Origin: a virus
Length of the DNA stretch: 64,000 bases
Virus record (IMG/VR): IMGVR_UViG_3300025886_000017
Strand: one strand, 5' to 3'
This document shows positions 10,068-20,006 of this stretch, piece after piece. The position numbers and the translations under genes were made by a program. Under the pieces are notes generated by a model that was not told the DNA's origin, did no database searches, and was given only the letters and a program-made list of their open reading frames with translations. The number at the start of each line of letters is the position of its first letter. Position 1 is the stretch's first letter.

Positions 10068-11321
10068 ATGGAACGATTCCAATCATACCTCACTGAAGCG
10101 AAGGGGCAGAAAAACCTTCACATGACTCATCTGGAAGAGCTAATTCTTATAGATGGGATTGATGGTGGGCGAGACTCTATCAACTTCCTGCGTTCTGTTC
10201 GTGACATGCTGGCAGGCAACAGTAAGAGTAAATCTAACCTGACCGTCAAGTGGGATGGTGCGCCGGCCATATTTGCTGGTATTGACCCCGAAGACGGAAA
10301 GTTCTTCGTCGGAACAAAGGGAGTGTTCAATAAGACACCAAAGTATGTTAAGTCCAAAAAAGACCTGGCTCAGTATGGATCTGGATTACAGGACAAGTTA
10401 TGGGTCGCCTATACTGAACTTCAGAGGATCAATATCCCGAGCGGAATCGTGCTTCAGGGTGATATGCTATATGGTCCCGGTGATTTGGTGGATAAAGATT
10501 TCGACGGAGAATCCCATGTGACATTCACGCCAAATACAATCACATATGCTATTCCAAGCAACTCGGCGCTCGCAAAACGAATTCGTAAGAGTAAGCTAGG
10601 TATCATCTTCCACACCACATACAAGGGAGATTCCCTTGAGAATATGTCCGCATCGTTCGGGGCCGACGTATCAGCGATGCGAAGAGTGACAAGTGTATTT
10701 TTTGATGATGCTACATATCGCGACGTGTCGGGAACCGCTACAATGACAGCAAAGGAAACAACCGAAGTCACTCGTCATATATCGCGAGCTGGTACGGTGT
10801 TTCAGAAAATTCCAGGCGCGAAATTGAGGAAGTTTCTGGAGTTTCAGAAATCATTGACCGGATCGGTGGTGGGATCATCATTCGCCACATATACTAATAG
10901 TCTGATCCGACAGGGTAAACATCTCGACAATCCCCGAGATCATACCAGAGAATATGCGAAGTTTTTTGAGCAGTTTTGGAAAATAAAGGTAATCGGCAAA
11001 CTGAAGACTGAGAAAACGCGAAAAGAGAAAGAGCGACTCCTTAAAGAACATATGCGCGCGATTGCTGATATGGAAATTACGTTGAGACAGGTTGTGAAGT
11101 TCCAGACACATATCATAGATGCTAAGCGTATTCTTGTGAAGCAACTGAATGCAGCAACCGGGATGGCACGGACCTTGGTAAAAACGGATGACGGGTTTCG
11201 GGTCACCTCACCTGAAGGCTTTGTGGCGATCGATAATATAACGGGAAACGCGGTCAAGCTCGTTGACCGCCTGGAGTTCTCACATTTAAATTTCAATGTC
11301 GCAAAGAACTGGGATAAGTAG
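10068..11321 (+). CDS. ATP-dependent ligase-like nucleotidyltransferase (conserved T4-superfamily protein)
   Basis: Start moved to MERFQSYLTE; covalent nucleotidyltransferase motifs TVKWDG, LQGDMLY, EGFVAID, VKLV. Confidence 0.7.
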   Translation: MERFQSYLTEAKGQKNLHMTHLEELILIDGIDGGRDSINFLRSVRDMLAGNSKSKSNLTVKWDGAPAIFAGIDPEDGKFFVGTKGVFNKTPKYVKSKKDLAQYGSGLQDKLWVAYTELQRINIPSGIVLQGDMLYGPGDLVDKDFDGESHVTFTPNTITYAIPSNSALAKRIRKSKLGIIFHTTYKGDSLENMSASFGADVSAMRRVTSVFFDDATYRDVSGTATMTAKETTEVTRHISRAGTVFQKIPGAKLRKFLEFQKSLTGSVVGSSFATYTNSLIRQGKHLDNPRDHTREYAKFFEQFWKIKVIGKLKTEKTRKEKERLLKEHMRAIADMEITLRQVVKFQTHIIDAKRILVKQLNAATGMARTLVKTDDGFRVTSPEGFVAIDNITGNAVKLVDRLEFSHLNFNVAKNWDK

Positions 11322-11334
11322 AGTTATAAAAAGG

Positions 11335-11342
11335 CATAAATA
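11335..11342 (+). promoter_or_regulatory. Late promoter variant CATAAATA
   Basis: Intergenic, 9 nt before ATG 11351. Confidence 0.55.
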
Positions 11343-11350
11343 GACACACT

Positions 11351-11725
11351 ATGGGGAAAGAACTAGCAGACATACGACAGGAGCTTCAAGAAGCTCTGAC
11401 AACTGCCCAGCGCGCAAAGCGCCGGATGCAGTTTCGTCGGCTCAAGCCAAAAATCAAGCGGGCCCGCGAAATCGCAAAAAAAAGACTTGCCCCGAAGGAA
11501 AAGCTAGAGAAGCGGGCAGCAAAGCAAGCTAGAAAAACAATCGAATCGAAAATGCTCGGAGGAAAGACGAAGAATGATCTTCCGTTCGCTTCCCGAAGCG
11601 CAATAGAAAAGAAGGTAGATAAGCGTAGCGCAGTCATCAAGCGGCTTGCGAAGAAACTGTACCCGAAGGTGCGCAAGGCAGAAATGGAACGATTGAATCA
11701 ATATCGAAGCGGAGGCTCGCGATGA
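11351..11725 (+). CDS. Highly basic helical protein (putative internal head DNA-binding protein)
   Basis: K/R-rich; LQE-ALTTAQRAKRR pattern resembling a prohead protease cleavage site. Confidence 0.55.
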   Translation: MGKELADIRQELQEALTTAQRAKRRMQFRRLKPKIKRAREIAKKRLAPKEKLEKRAAKQARKTIESKMLGGKTKNDLPFASRSAIEKKVDKRSAVIKRLAKKLYPKVRKAEMERLNQYRSGGSR

Positions 11726-12576
11726 GTACCGCAGTGATGTCATTTGGAAGATTTAATCCGCCTCATACTGGGCACAAGCTTGTTGCGGATACGGTCAAAA
11801 AGGTAGCCAAGAAAGAGAAGGGAACTCCTCTGGTATATCTGAGTCACACTCAGAACCAGAAGAAAGATCCATTGACATATGAGCAGAAGGTGAAGTTTGC
11901 GAAGGCATTCTTCGGTAATGTCGTACAGAAGAGCAAAGCAAAGACGGTTATTGAAATTGCGCAAGAGTTGGACAAGAAGTATGACAATCTTGTAATGGTA
12001 GTTGGAGCAGATCGCCTCAGTGAGTTTAAGCGACTGCTAAACAATTATAACGGAAAGGAATACTCCTTCGACAGTATCAAAATCGTATCTGCTGGGGCCC
12101 GTGACCCGGATGCAGATGATGTGACGGGAATGTCAGCATCAAAGATGCGAAAACTCGCTGCGGAAGGCGACTTTGCTGAATTCAAGAAGGGTGTACCGAA
12201 GGCAACGATGGCTCGGGCACTATATGACGCAACCCGGCAGGGGCTTAGTGTCAATGAACGGTTTGAACAGGACGAGATATTCAGTCTGATCGAGCAGTGT
12301 GAGCGAATGAAAGATTGGGATGACCTTACCGAAGATATTGAAAATAACAGAAGATTTAACTCGCTTCTGAGATTCGGGCTCGTCGATGATCGTGATATAC
12401 CTATTGCGAGACGAGCGTTTTCTAATATGTCTCGGGCAAAAGTAGATTACACACTCCGTGATATTGTGTTTGAGGTCACGGATAGGTTGTTTGAATATAT
12501 GCTGGAGGATGACCTCCTGTACAACAGGCTGCTTATGTTAGTGCAGCGAGATAAGTTCTTCGATAGGAACGATTAG
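11722..12576 (+). CDS. HIGH-superfamily nucleotidyltransferase (cytidylyl-/NMN adenylyltransferase-like)
   Basis: FGRFNPPHTGH (HxGH), MVVGADR, GMSASKMR. Confidence 0.88.
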   Translation: MSTAVMSFGRFNPPHTGHKLVADTVKKVAKKEKGTPLVYLSHTQNQKKDPLTYEQKVKFAKAFFGNVVQKSKAKTVIEIAQELDKKYDNLVMVVGADRLSEFKRLLNNYNGKEYSFDSIKIVSAGARDPDADDVTGMSASKMRKLAAEGDFAEFKKGVPKATMARALYDATRQGLSVNERFEQDEIFSLIEQCERMKDWDDLTEDIENNRRFNSLLRFGLVDDRDIPIARRAFSNMSRAKVDYTLRDIVFEVTDRLFEYMLEDDLLYNRLLMLVQRDKFFDRND

Positions 12577-12586
12577 GAGAATATTA

Positions 12587-13060
12587 ATGTTTGGAGAAAA
12601 AAAGGTATCCGACTCGATGCTCGCCGCTGTTCGTGGTGTTATGTCAGCAGAACAGAAGGACTCGGAAGGTGGAACACTTGAGACTGGTGATTCAATTCGC
12701 GTTTCTGAGGGCGATCATGCAGGAATGACAGGAACGATCACTGGGTTCAACACATCAGGCCGATCTCAGGTTCAGCTCAATCGTGGTCGTCATGTGGAGA
12801 TTTCCAATGAAATGATCATCAACGAATCAAAAAAACTTGATGCCGTGGGTGATGAAGACGATGATATCGATAATGATGGTGATTCCGATGAATCGGATGA
12901 TTATCTTAGAAATCGCCGTAAGAAGATCAAGAAGAATATGAAGGAAGAGGACTGTCCTTGCTGTGATGGTGAGTGCAAATGCAAAGATGACTGTCCCAAT
13001 TGTGATTGTGGCGACGAAGAATCAAACGAATCATATAAGAAGAAATTGGCCGTCAAATAA
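12587..13060 (+). CDS. Acidic putative head protein with KOW/SH3-like domain and Cys-rich tail
   Basis: TGDSIRVSEGDHAGMTGTI (KOW-like); DEDDDIDNDGDSDESDDYLRNRRKKI; CPCCDGECKCKDDCPNCDC. Confidence 0.6.
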   Translation: MFGEKKVSDSMLAAVRGVMSAEQKDSEGGTLETGDSIRVSEGDHAGMTGTITGFNTSGRSQVQLNRGRHVEISNEMIINESKKLDAVGDEDDDIDNDGDSDESDDYLRNRRKKIKKNMKEEDCPCCDGECKCKDDCPNCDCGDEESNESYKKKLAVK

Positions 13061-13111
13061 ACGCGGTGATCTTACATACACATAAATCAACTCTTTTCAA
13101 GGAGAATCAAA

Positions 13112-13774
13112 ATGTCTAACTGGACAGGAAACACTGTACCCAACTGGTACAAAGATGTAGGTGGCGCCAGAATCGATGCCAAGCCAAATCACTCAAACGA
13201 CGCTGGAAGTCTCTTTCAGACAGATCGCGGTTGGGAGCGTGAGATTCGCTATACCGACCAGCACGGTAACGAGCGGGCGAAGCGATATGTTGTAGTTGCT
13301 GATCGTGAGTTGCAGACAGACACGGCCGCTGTCAACATTACGGATGTTCGCATAGCTAACGCTACCAGTTACACCACAACAGAACCAACTGTTGCCGGAT
13401 CTACTGCTGGAGACTCGTTTGATATTGAGATGACATTCAATCAGCCTGTGGCTCTTTCGGGAGTGGTTACACTAGCATTGAATGGTGGAACAACTGATCC
13501 GCTGACGGCAGTGTATAAGTCGGGAAATTTGACAAATAAAATTGTGTTCACTGCTCCCACGAATGCTGAAGCCACTACAGAAGAGCTAATGATAAGCACA
13601 ACAAAGACCGGAGCAGGAACCATCGTTGCTTGGGATACCAGCACCGTCGCCGGATCAGTTCACGCATCAGGCAAAAGTGTTGTTGCTTCAGCAAATTTAG
13701 CACTATATGGAGCATCGGTTGATACTATTTCTGCTTCTGATAATACTGGGCTTGCTAACACCGTAATCGAGTAA
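13112..13774 (+). CDS. Putative virion structural/decoration protein with Ig-like C-terminus
   Basis: Strong AAGGAG SD; RGWE..RYTDQHGNERAK motif then T/S/A-rich beta sandwich (TFNQPV, YKSGNLTNKIVF). Confidence 0.55.
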   Translation: MSNWTGNTVPNWYKDVGGARIDAKPNHSNDAGSLFQTDRGWEREIRYTDQHGNERAKRYVVVADRELQTDTAAVNITDVRIANATSYTTTEPTVAGSTAGDSFDIEMTFNQPVALSGVVTLALNGGTTDPLTAVYKSGNLTNKIVFTAPTNAEATTEELMISTTKTGAGTIVAWDTSTVAGSVHASGKSVVASANLALYGASVDTISASDNTGLANTVIE

Positions 13775-13780
13775 AGGGGA

Positions 13781-14251
13781 ATGAACATGCGCGGACTTAT
13801 TACAATGCTACTCGTGATGATGATTGCTGGGCCTGCGTTTGCGGAGACCACCAAGCGAGTACCAACTAACAAGTGTTCCAGTCCTGTGGATACCTCGGAT
13901 GCTTTGCCTATTGGAGAGACAACCGATGATGTGTATTGGGACATTGGTTATACGTCGAATGCTGAGGCTTCACCTATTTCCATTTTCTTTGATCCAGATA
14001 TCACTGTAGCTCCGACCACAGCAGGAGAGACATTAACAATTTCTTCCTGCATGATAGCGGAAGACGCGACTACTTGCTTTCCTCTCTTGTGGGACTCTAA
14101 TGCTGATGGAACACCGGACACGAATATTCTGACTGGCACATCAGCAGCAACATCAGGGCTTTCGAGTATTAGTGGATTCCCATACCTTCGGGTTGAGGAA
14201 ACTGGTACACCGTCAACCAATGCACGTTATGTGATTTGTAGGAGCTTTTGA
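13781..14251 (+). CDS. Exported small beta-sandwich protein
   Basis: Classic Sec signal MNMRGLITMLLVMMIAGPAFA|ETT; 4 Cys. Confidence 0.7.
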   Translation: MNMRGLITMLLVMMIAGPAFAETTKRVPTNKCSSPVDTSDALPIGETTDDVYWDIGYTSNAEASPISIFFDPDITVAPTTAGETLTISSCMIAEDATTCFPLLWDSNADGTPDTNILTGTSAATSGLSSISGFPYLRVEETGTPSTNARYVICRSF

Positions 14252-14272
14252 TACAGTATACATACCTATATT

Positions 14273-14662
14273 ATGAGTGATGATTTGACTGAAAATACGA
14301 TTGATATGTACATGATGAGATCCTACACTAATCCACAGTGTATTGGGATTGAAGAGTATAATGATGATGTTAGCCGCATTAAGTATATTAAGCGACTGCT
14401 GAATCGATATAAAAAAACAGGAGAGTTGAAACATCAACTTCTTTTAAATCATATCATTGTAATATATAATGTGTTTGGGACCGATGCGGGAACACGAATT
14501 TTATTATATACAATTGAGGAATATCATTGGGCATCACTAAAGACTATTATGGTGTATCTTCAGACGATGCCTGAAGTAGTACGAGGAATCGGCGGACAAG
14601 ATATTTTGACCTCAGATATTGCAATAGACGAAGAGATTGCAAGGAGACTAAGAGAACTATGA
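14273..14662 (+). CDS. Conserved T4-superfamily hypothetical protein
   Basis: DDVSRIKYIKRLLNRYKKTGELKHQLLLNHIIVIYNVFG pattern recognised from environmental T4-likes. Confidence 0.7.
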   Translation: MSDDLTENTIDMYMMRSYTNPQCIGIEEYNDDVSRIKYIKRLLNRYKKTGELKHQLLLNHIIVIYNVFGTDAGTRILLYTIEEYHWASLKTIMVYLQTMPEVVRGIGGQDILTSDIAIDEEIARRLREL

Positions 14663-17607
14663 GATCACTATTAATCCTGATGTACATTCTTCCTGCTATT
14701 GCATTTATGGCACCAGCGCCCTCGCGGGCGGAACCGATCGTGCCCTCTCTTACTGACTTCAATAGTGGCGACGTAATATCAGCGTCCGACGTGAATACTA
14801 ACTTCGATAGAATTGAGATTTCGGTTGATGACAATGCGGCTGATATTGACACGCTGACCACGCAAGTGACAGGCAACGATGGTGATATTCAAACGAACGC
14901 GGGTAATATTCAAACGAATGCGGACGCGATTGCAGCAGGCGCCGGCGGAGCCGGAGTTACTACTAATGCAACTAATATTCAAACGAACGCGGATAATATT
15001 CAAACGAATGCGGATAATATTGCATCAGGCGCCACCGCAACTGCGGTTGATATTAATGCAACTAATATTCAAACGAACGCGGATAATATTCAAACGAACA
15101 CAAATAGTATCGATAATCTGTCCGCGCCGACACCGGTCGTAAATTCATATGATGCGATTCTAGTATTAGACAACGCCCAAACCGCTGCGGCTGAATGGGC
15201 TGCATTTTTCAAACCATATGTAGCATGGGGCGCGGGCGCGAACGCGGCCGGGCAAGGTCAGGTGAATGTTTCAGTTATATATAAGCTCACCGGGGTGCAA
15301 GCCCTAGTACCCGAACGAGATTGCTATGACGACTCAGGAGCTTGGGCATATAAAGCGTGCTTCTTTATACACCTTGTTAGGGACTCCACTACAGATTTCG
15401 TAGCCGGCTACGGCTCGGGTAATGATCTAGTATTCACCGACTCAATCGGCCGAGGATCGGTCAACGCGCCGCTGCAAAAGGGTTGGAATGGAATGAAGGT
15501 CAATATCCACCATGCAGGGCGAATTGAGATCGATCAGGATTTGAATAATAACAACCAGATCGACTCGGCGGGGGTGGTGTCGGGGGTCGAGGCCGCTCAG
15601 AAAGATACCATTATCTGGGAGTTTGGTAATGGATGGAATACTGGTTGGACATATAACCAACCGGCGGTAGCAGACGACACGCTGTTTGCGAACCTACCCG
15701 GCCAAGTCGGCGGCTCGCGCGCTGGCACCGTGGCCACGGACGGGATGGTGTTCAGAGTAACTAATGGGCAAGCATATAATGACTGCACGACCGGAGGTGG
15801 CAGCTTTAATGTTGTATGTAAGTACCGTGCCAGCACCACCTCATGGTACAGCGTAGCCGGTGAATCATTTGATTCCGAGACCACTCGTGCTAACCTGCCT
15901 ATACCCGGTCCTGCAAATGGGTCCGACTGGCTTGTGACGGACGGAAGAAACCCGCACGATTGCGCGCCGAACGCCGCTGGCGATGGTGTAGCCACCCTCG
16001 GGAGCGGAAACCACGAAGTCATGTGCGTCTGGTCAGGAGAAACCCAACAGTGGTATCCAGCCTTATTCGGGGCCGCGGAGGCGATGCCATCTAATCTAGG
16101 TGGGATGTTTATCAATAGCGGGGATGTCATGGTGGAGATGATCGATATTAACGTCGGCCAGTCCGTAATCACCGGGGAAGGTAGGGGTCTACCTAACATG
16201 AGCCCCAAAGATCGAGTTAGGGAGGATTCGAACGGTGGTATACTACTTGTAGGGTACAATGACGCAAGCTACATAAATTCAAAAAAATGGACAATTATAT
16301 CAAACGGCCTAGATCTTGATGATATAGCATTTCAAAGTATCACGTCTTGGGGATCCGTTATGCCGAGATTCACTACCGTCGGCTGGGCATATTCAGGGTT
16401 AGGTGCTTGGATCATGGGTAATCCAAACATGAGTGAAACGCAGTCAGCTGGCTTCAAAGGGTATACCCACGGATGGCTTTTTGGTGATCCAGTATATGGG
16501 GACGCTTCACCTAAGTGGGAAAACTGTACGGTCTCGGGTATCCGGGGCGCGACCGATTTAGACCCCAACGCAGGCCTGCCTGATCCGCCCAACAACGACC
16601 AAGGCCGGGAGGGAACATGTGTCGGCAGAGCCACTACGCCGCGCGGGATCATGATCGACGCGAGCATGTCAGAAGGGACATTGTTTAGCACAATCGTGTC
16701 AACCACACCTATGAGTCGAACGAAGTTTTCCGGCTTTTACACTGAGGCCCTCTCCAATATGAAGGGATACCCAATCGCTATGGGCCCTTGGATGTGTGAT
16801 GGAACCACGGGGACGAGCCCGCTCCCCAAGAATACTGTGGCGCAGGAATTCGCTCAATGCGCTGATAACGCATCAGGCGGAGGCACCCGTGCGCCGTTCG
16901 CTTCGGCGGAAGCCGGCGGGCAGGTACTATTTGAAGGGCTCGTCTACGGCCGAGGAAAATCAGTCAATGGTGCTGCGAGTGGTCCAATTCTTTTCGGACC
17001 TAACTCTGGAGTTTCATATGGTACCCAGACATATATATTAGACGGCGTGAGCTACCCAGGTGAAGATAAAACGTCGGGCCCGCCATATGAACAATTTATT
17101 GTATCGGATAGTATTTCGTCGTCAGGAGGACCGCAGGTAATTCTCAAGACGCCTTGGCCATTTTATAACACAGAGTACGACAATGGGAATACGAGATATA
17201 ACGTCAGCGAATATTACAATCTTCGTCATGTAGATGATAGAAACGTGTCGAATGTCCCAGAGACGATTCAATGGAGCAGCATAACATCGGCCGATGAGGT
17301 AGCTATCGAAGCTATAAATCACCGGTACTATGAATCGATAAGGTGTGTCGCGCGTGGTACAGCCGCGGAATCGACTAATTCCTTCACGCCTAACGTCACT
17401 ATCGATGTATACAACTGCGATCATAATGCGACCAATTGTGTAAACCTAACATCGGGCGTTAATGTCACTGCGTTGTCATCTCCACAAGAGACCGTGCTGA
17501 CTACCCCAGAGCGAATCGATCAAGGGGACTACCTCCTGATTGACCCAACCGTTGCGAATGGCGGCTCACCAACAAACTTTTCTTGCTCTGTTAGATGGCA
17601 TAGATAA
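14659..17607 (+). CDS. Exported trimeric fibre/adhesin-like protein
   Basis: Signal peptide ...APAPSRA|EP; FNSGDVISASDVNTNF motif; NIQTNAD heptad repeats; G/N/T-rich beta domains; 14 Cys. Confidence 0.6.
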   Translation: MRSLLILMYILPAIAFMAPAPSRAEPIVPSLTDFNSGDVISASDVNTNFDRIEISVDDNAADIDTLTTQVTGNDGDIQTNAGNIQTNADAIAAGAGGAGVTTNATNIQTNADNIQTNADNIASGATATAVDINATNIQTNADNIQTNTNSIDNLSAPTPVVNSYDAILVLDNAQTAAAEWAAFFKPYVAWGAGANAAGQGQVNVSVIYKLTGVQALVPERDCYDDSGAWAYKACFFIHLVRDSTTDFVAGYGSGNDLVFTDSIGRGSVNAPLQKGWNGMKVNIHHAGRIEIDQDLNNNNQIDSAGVVSGVEAAQKDTIIWEFGNGWNTGWTYNQPAVADDTLFANLPGQVGGSRAGTVATDGMVFRVTNGQAYNDCTTGGGSFNVVCKYRASTTSWYSVAGESFDSETTRANLPIPGPANGSDWLVTDGRNPHDCAPNAAGDGVATLGSGNHEVMCVWSGETQQWYPALFGAAEAMPSNLGGMFINSGDVMVEMIDINVGQSVITGEGRGLPNMSPKDRVREDSNGGILLVGYNDASYINSKKWTIISNGLDLDDIAFQSITSWGSVMPRFTTVGWAYSGLGAWIMGNPNMSETQSAGFKGYTHGWLFGDPVYGDASPKWENCTVSGIRGATDLDPNAGLPDPPNNDQGREGTCVGRATTPRGIMIDASMSEGTLFSTIVSTTPMSRTKFSGFYTEALSNMKGYPIAMGPWMCDGTTGTSPLPKNTVAQEFAQCADNASGGGTRAPFASAEAGGQVLFEGLVYGRGKSVNGAASGPILFGPNSGVSYGTQTYILDGVSYPGEDKTSGPPYEQFIVSDSISSSGGPQVILKTPWPFYNTEYDNGNTRYNVSEYYNLRHVDDRNVSNVPETIQWSSITSADEVAIEAINHRYYESIRCVARGTAAESTNSFTPNVTIDVYNCDHNATNCVNLTSGVNVTALSSPQETVLTTPERIDQGDYLLIDPTVANGGSPTNFSCSVRWHR
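14964..15098 (+). repeat. 45-nt direct repeat (14964-15008, 15054-15098) inside a 21-nt NIQTNAD heptad array
   Basis: TAATGCAACTAATATTCAAACGAACGCGGATAATATTCAAACGAA occurs twice, 90 nt apart. Confidence 0.9.
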
Positions 17608-17620
17608 TTAGGTGATATAA

Positions 17621-19615
17621 ATGATGATATTAAGAATTATTTCGATTATGTTGATTGGGTGTTTTGCTCTCACCATACCTGCGGGCGCGGTTATTATGGT
17701 TGGGTTTGGTCAAATGTCATCGGGTGATATTACCTCTACGCCTCCTTCTACGCCTCCTTCTACGCCTCCTTCTACGCCTAATATTCTGTCCAGAAATCAG
17801 ATTTCGCTCGAAGACTTATCGGTCAGCGCAGATCGAGTATCCTTCGGTTATCCGGCCGACTGGTACGATGCGGTAGACACCTCCGGCTGGACCGTGACGA
17901 ACGTCGCGGCCAATTCCTGCTTAGACAATGCGGCCGACGACGACGGCGCGGCTGTGAATGCCGCTATCCTCGCGGCCGCTGAACAGACCATTATCCTACT
18001 GGCGCCGAATCCGTTGGGAGGGGAGTGCGTATTCAACCTGACTACACGAATCCACATTAGGAATAACAGCTACATAGTCTTGCGCGGATCTGGCGCCAAC
18101 CAAACGACTATCAAGTATCACGGGACCGAGACCTCGGCGCTCCTAGTCGGCTGGAATAACTACCAGCCGATTCATGTGAACCAACCCACCCGCGAATGGA
18201 CTGCCGGATATTCAAAAGGCGATCTCACTATCACGTTGGACTCGACCGCAGGACTTGCTCCGGGGGGCTACTTGCTTCTCAGCGGTGACTATCCAGTCGA
18301 TGCGGCCACCCTTGCTACGATCGGTACGTTCCCCGCTTGGGCGTTTAGTGGGTTCAACTACCTTGCAGGCATAACAAGCATCAACGGGCTAGAGGTTACA
18401 ATCGATCGCCCGTTGCCCGCTGATTACAGCACTTGCCCCGACGATCCCACCGGCTCCCCCGTTTGTGGCCAGGTGGCCCACGTCTGGAACTATAGGCTCA
18501 CCAACATCGGCTTCGAAGACTTCCGCTTGGTGGATTCGGATCCCGTGAGATTCCCAGGTAATAATATAGCGTTGATCATGCAGGGAGCTATTCATTCTTG
18601 GGTTACTGGCGTAGTGTTCGAGGAACATAGCGCCAAGTTCATAAGCACCTCGTGGTCGTATAGGAACCTGTTCCGAGGTAACACTTTCAAGAACCTACTG
18701 CGCCCGCTCATAAGCGCTACCAACCACTCGGCCATTGTGATAGGACAAACGTCGGGTATCGTGATCGAGAATAACGCTTTCCTTGAACACACACCGCGAG
18801 GCATCACAATTCAAGAGACAGCAACCCGTAACGTCATCGCATATAACTATTTCGGAAATCCCGGAGAGCAGACAGTATCGGCCACCGAAGTCATAAATGG
18901 CGAGACCTTTAATGGGGAACTTGGCAACCTATGCCGAGACCTTCGCCCCGGCGGCGGTGGTCGGTCTATCTTTCATCATGGCGGATACGCCCACTCAACG
19001 CTCGTCGAAGGTAATGACGCACTATGTAAGATGGAGGTTGACGTCTACTGGGGGGAGCAAGGCCCATATATCACCTACTACCGTAATCGCGTCCGATCAG
19101 GGACTGACATACATTCAATGGGCGGGATAACCACAGAGGAATTTGGAGCGGGGGGCGAGCAGACCTTCATAAACTACCTCGGGAACACTACGCAGTATAT
19201 GCACACTGGTCATGGGAACATGGCACTTGATAGGGGAGATGAGGCTACCCATGCAGAGTACAACGTGATCCGCGAGAGGTGCCAGATTCAGCAACGGGAC
19301 GGCAACGTCGATCCGCAGTGCGCGGACAGTCTGCCAGAGGACAGTTACTTCGGATCGGGGGCGACACCAGAGACGCCTACGGTATGGGTAAACAACGTTG
19401 TTGGGCCTAAGGCGCTAAATGCGTGGTCGTCTGTGAACGTGCCCGACTCGCTGGTATATGACGGCCCACCGTCTTGGTGGTGTCAGGAGTCCTGCCCCTT
19501 CGACGGGCCCACGGGGATCGGTGCTTTTGGCGACGATTTTACGAATGGAGAAGCGTCCCTTTGTATGTTGCCCGCAGAGCGCTGGGCGAAGGGTTTGACA
19601 TGCACGCCGCTGTAG
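17621..19615 (+). CDS. Exported right-handed beta-helix protein (pectate-lyase-like depolymerase)
   Basis: Signal ...LTIPAGA|V; DDGAAVNAAI, CVFNL, IVLRGSGANQTTI, then N-rich rungs (IVIENNAF, NVIAYNYF, TLVEGN). Confidence 0.75.
   Translation: MMILRIISIMLIGCFALTIPAGAVIMVGFGQMSSGDITSTPPSTPPSTPPSTPNILSRNQISLEDLSVSADRVSFGYPADWYDAVDTSGWTVTNVAANSCLDNAADDDGAAVNAAILAAAEQTIILLAPNPLGGECVFNLTTRIHIRNNSYIVLRGSGANQTTIKYHGTETSALLVGWNNYQPIHVNQPTREWTAGYSKGDLTITLDSTAGLAPGGYLLLSGDYPVDAATLATIGTFPAWAFSGFNYLAGITSINGLEVTIDRPLPADYSTCPDDPTGSPVCGQVAHVWNYRLTNIGFEDFRLVDSDPVRFPGNNIALIMQGAIHSWVTGVVFEEHSAKFISTSWSYRNLFRGNTFKNLLRPLISATNHSAIVIGQTSGIVIENNAFLEHTPRGITIQETATRNVIAYNYFGNPGEQTVSATEVINGETFNGELGNLCRDLRPGGGGRSIFHHGGYAHSTLVEGNDALCKMEVDVYWGEQGPYITYYRNRVRSGTDIHSMGGITTEEFGAGGEQTFINYLGNTTQYMHTGHGNMALDRGDEATHAEYNVIRERCQIQQRDGNVDPQCADSLPEDSYFGSGATPETPTVWVNNVVGPKALNAWSSVNVPDSLVYDGPPSWWCQESCPFDGPTGIGAFGDDFTNGEASLCMLPAERWAKGLTCTPL
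17735..17779 (+). repeat. 12-nt tandem repeat (TCTACGCCTCCT x3.75) encoding an STPP linker
   Basis: Perfect tandem units at 17735, 17747, 17759 and a partial unit at 17771. Confidence 0.95.
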
Positions 19616-19651
19616 TAGTTACACTCAATCTGGAAAGTAATGGGGACGAAT

Positions 19652-20005
19652 ATGAAAAATTTTGACGACCTAAGAGAAGATATGGGTGTTGGTGGTGGCG
19701 GAATCGCCGGAACCGCTGAGGCTGGTGATGATCCGCCGATGCGAAAGAAAAAACAAGCGAAACTAATTCGGCGGAATAGATTTATGCAAAACGAAGTGTT
19801 CGAAATTTCCGCGTCCACATACAATACCATCATGAGACCAAAGATCAGAACAGAACGTTTTAGTTCTATTGTAGGTGTAGATGAGGTTGGTGAAGCCATT
19901 AGAGATTATGCGAAATGCAATCCGGGTAAAGGAATTCTTGTCCAGTGTGAAAATACAAAACATATGACATGGTTAAGACTCCCCCGAATCAAGAGGAATA
20001 AATAG
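19652..20005 (+). CDS. Putative internal head protein
   Basis: Start moved to MKNFDDLRE (GGGG SD); GVGGGGIAG..DDPPMRKKK pattern. Confidence 0.6.
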   Translation: MKNFDDLREDMGVGGGGIAGTAEAGDDPPMRKKKQAKLIRRNRFMQNEVFEISASTYNTIMRPKIRTERFSSIVGVDEVGEAIRDYAKCNPGKGILVQCENTKHMTWLRLPRIKRNK

Positions 20006-20006
20006 T

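Noticed and set aside
15597-16259. 220-aa minus-strand ORF within the 982-aa fibre gene
   Set aside because: Pro/Ser/Thr-rich mirror of a GC-rich Gly/Thr-rich coding strand
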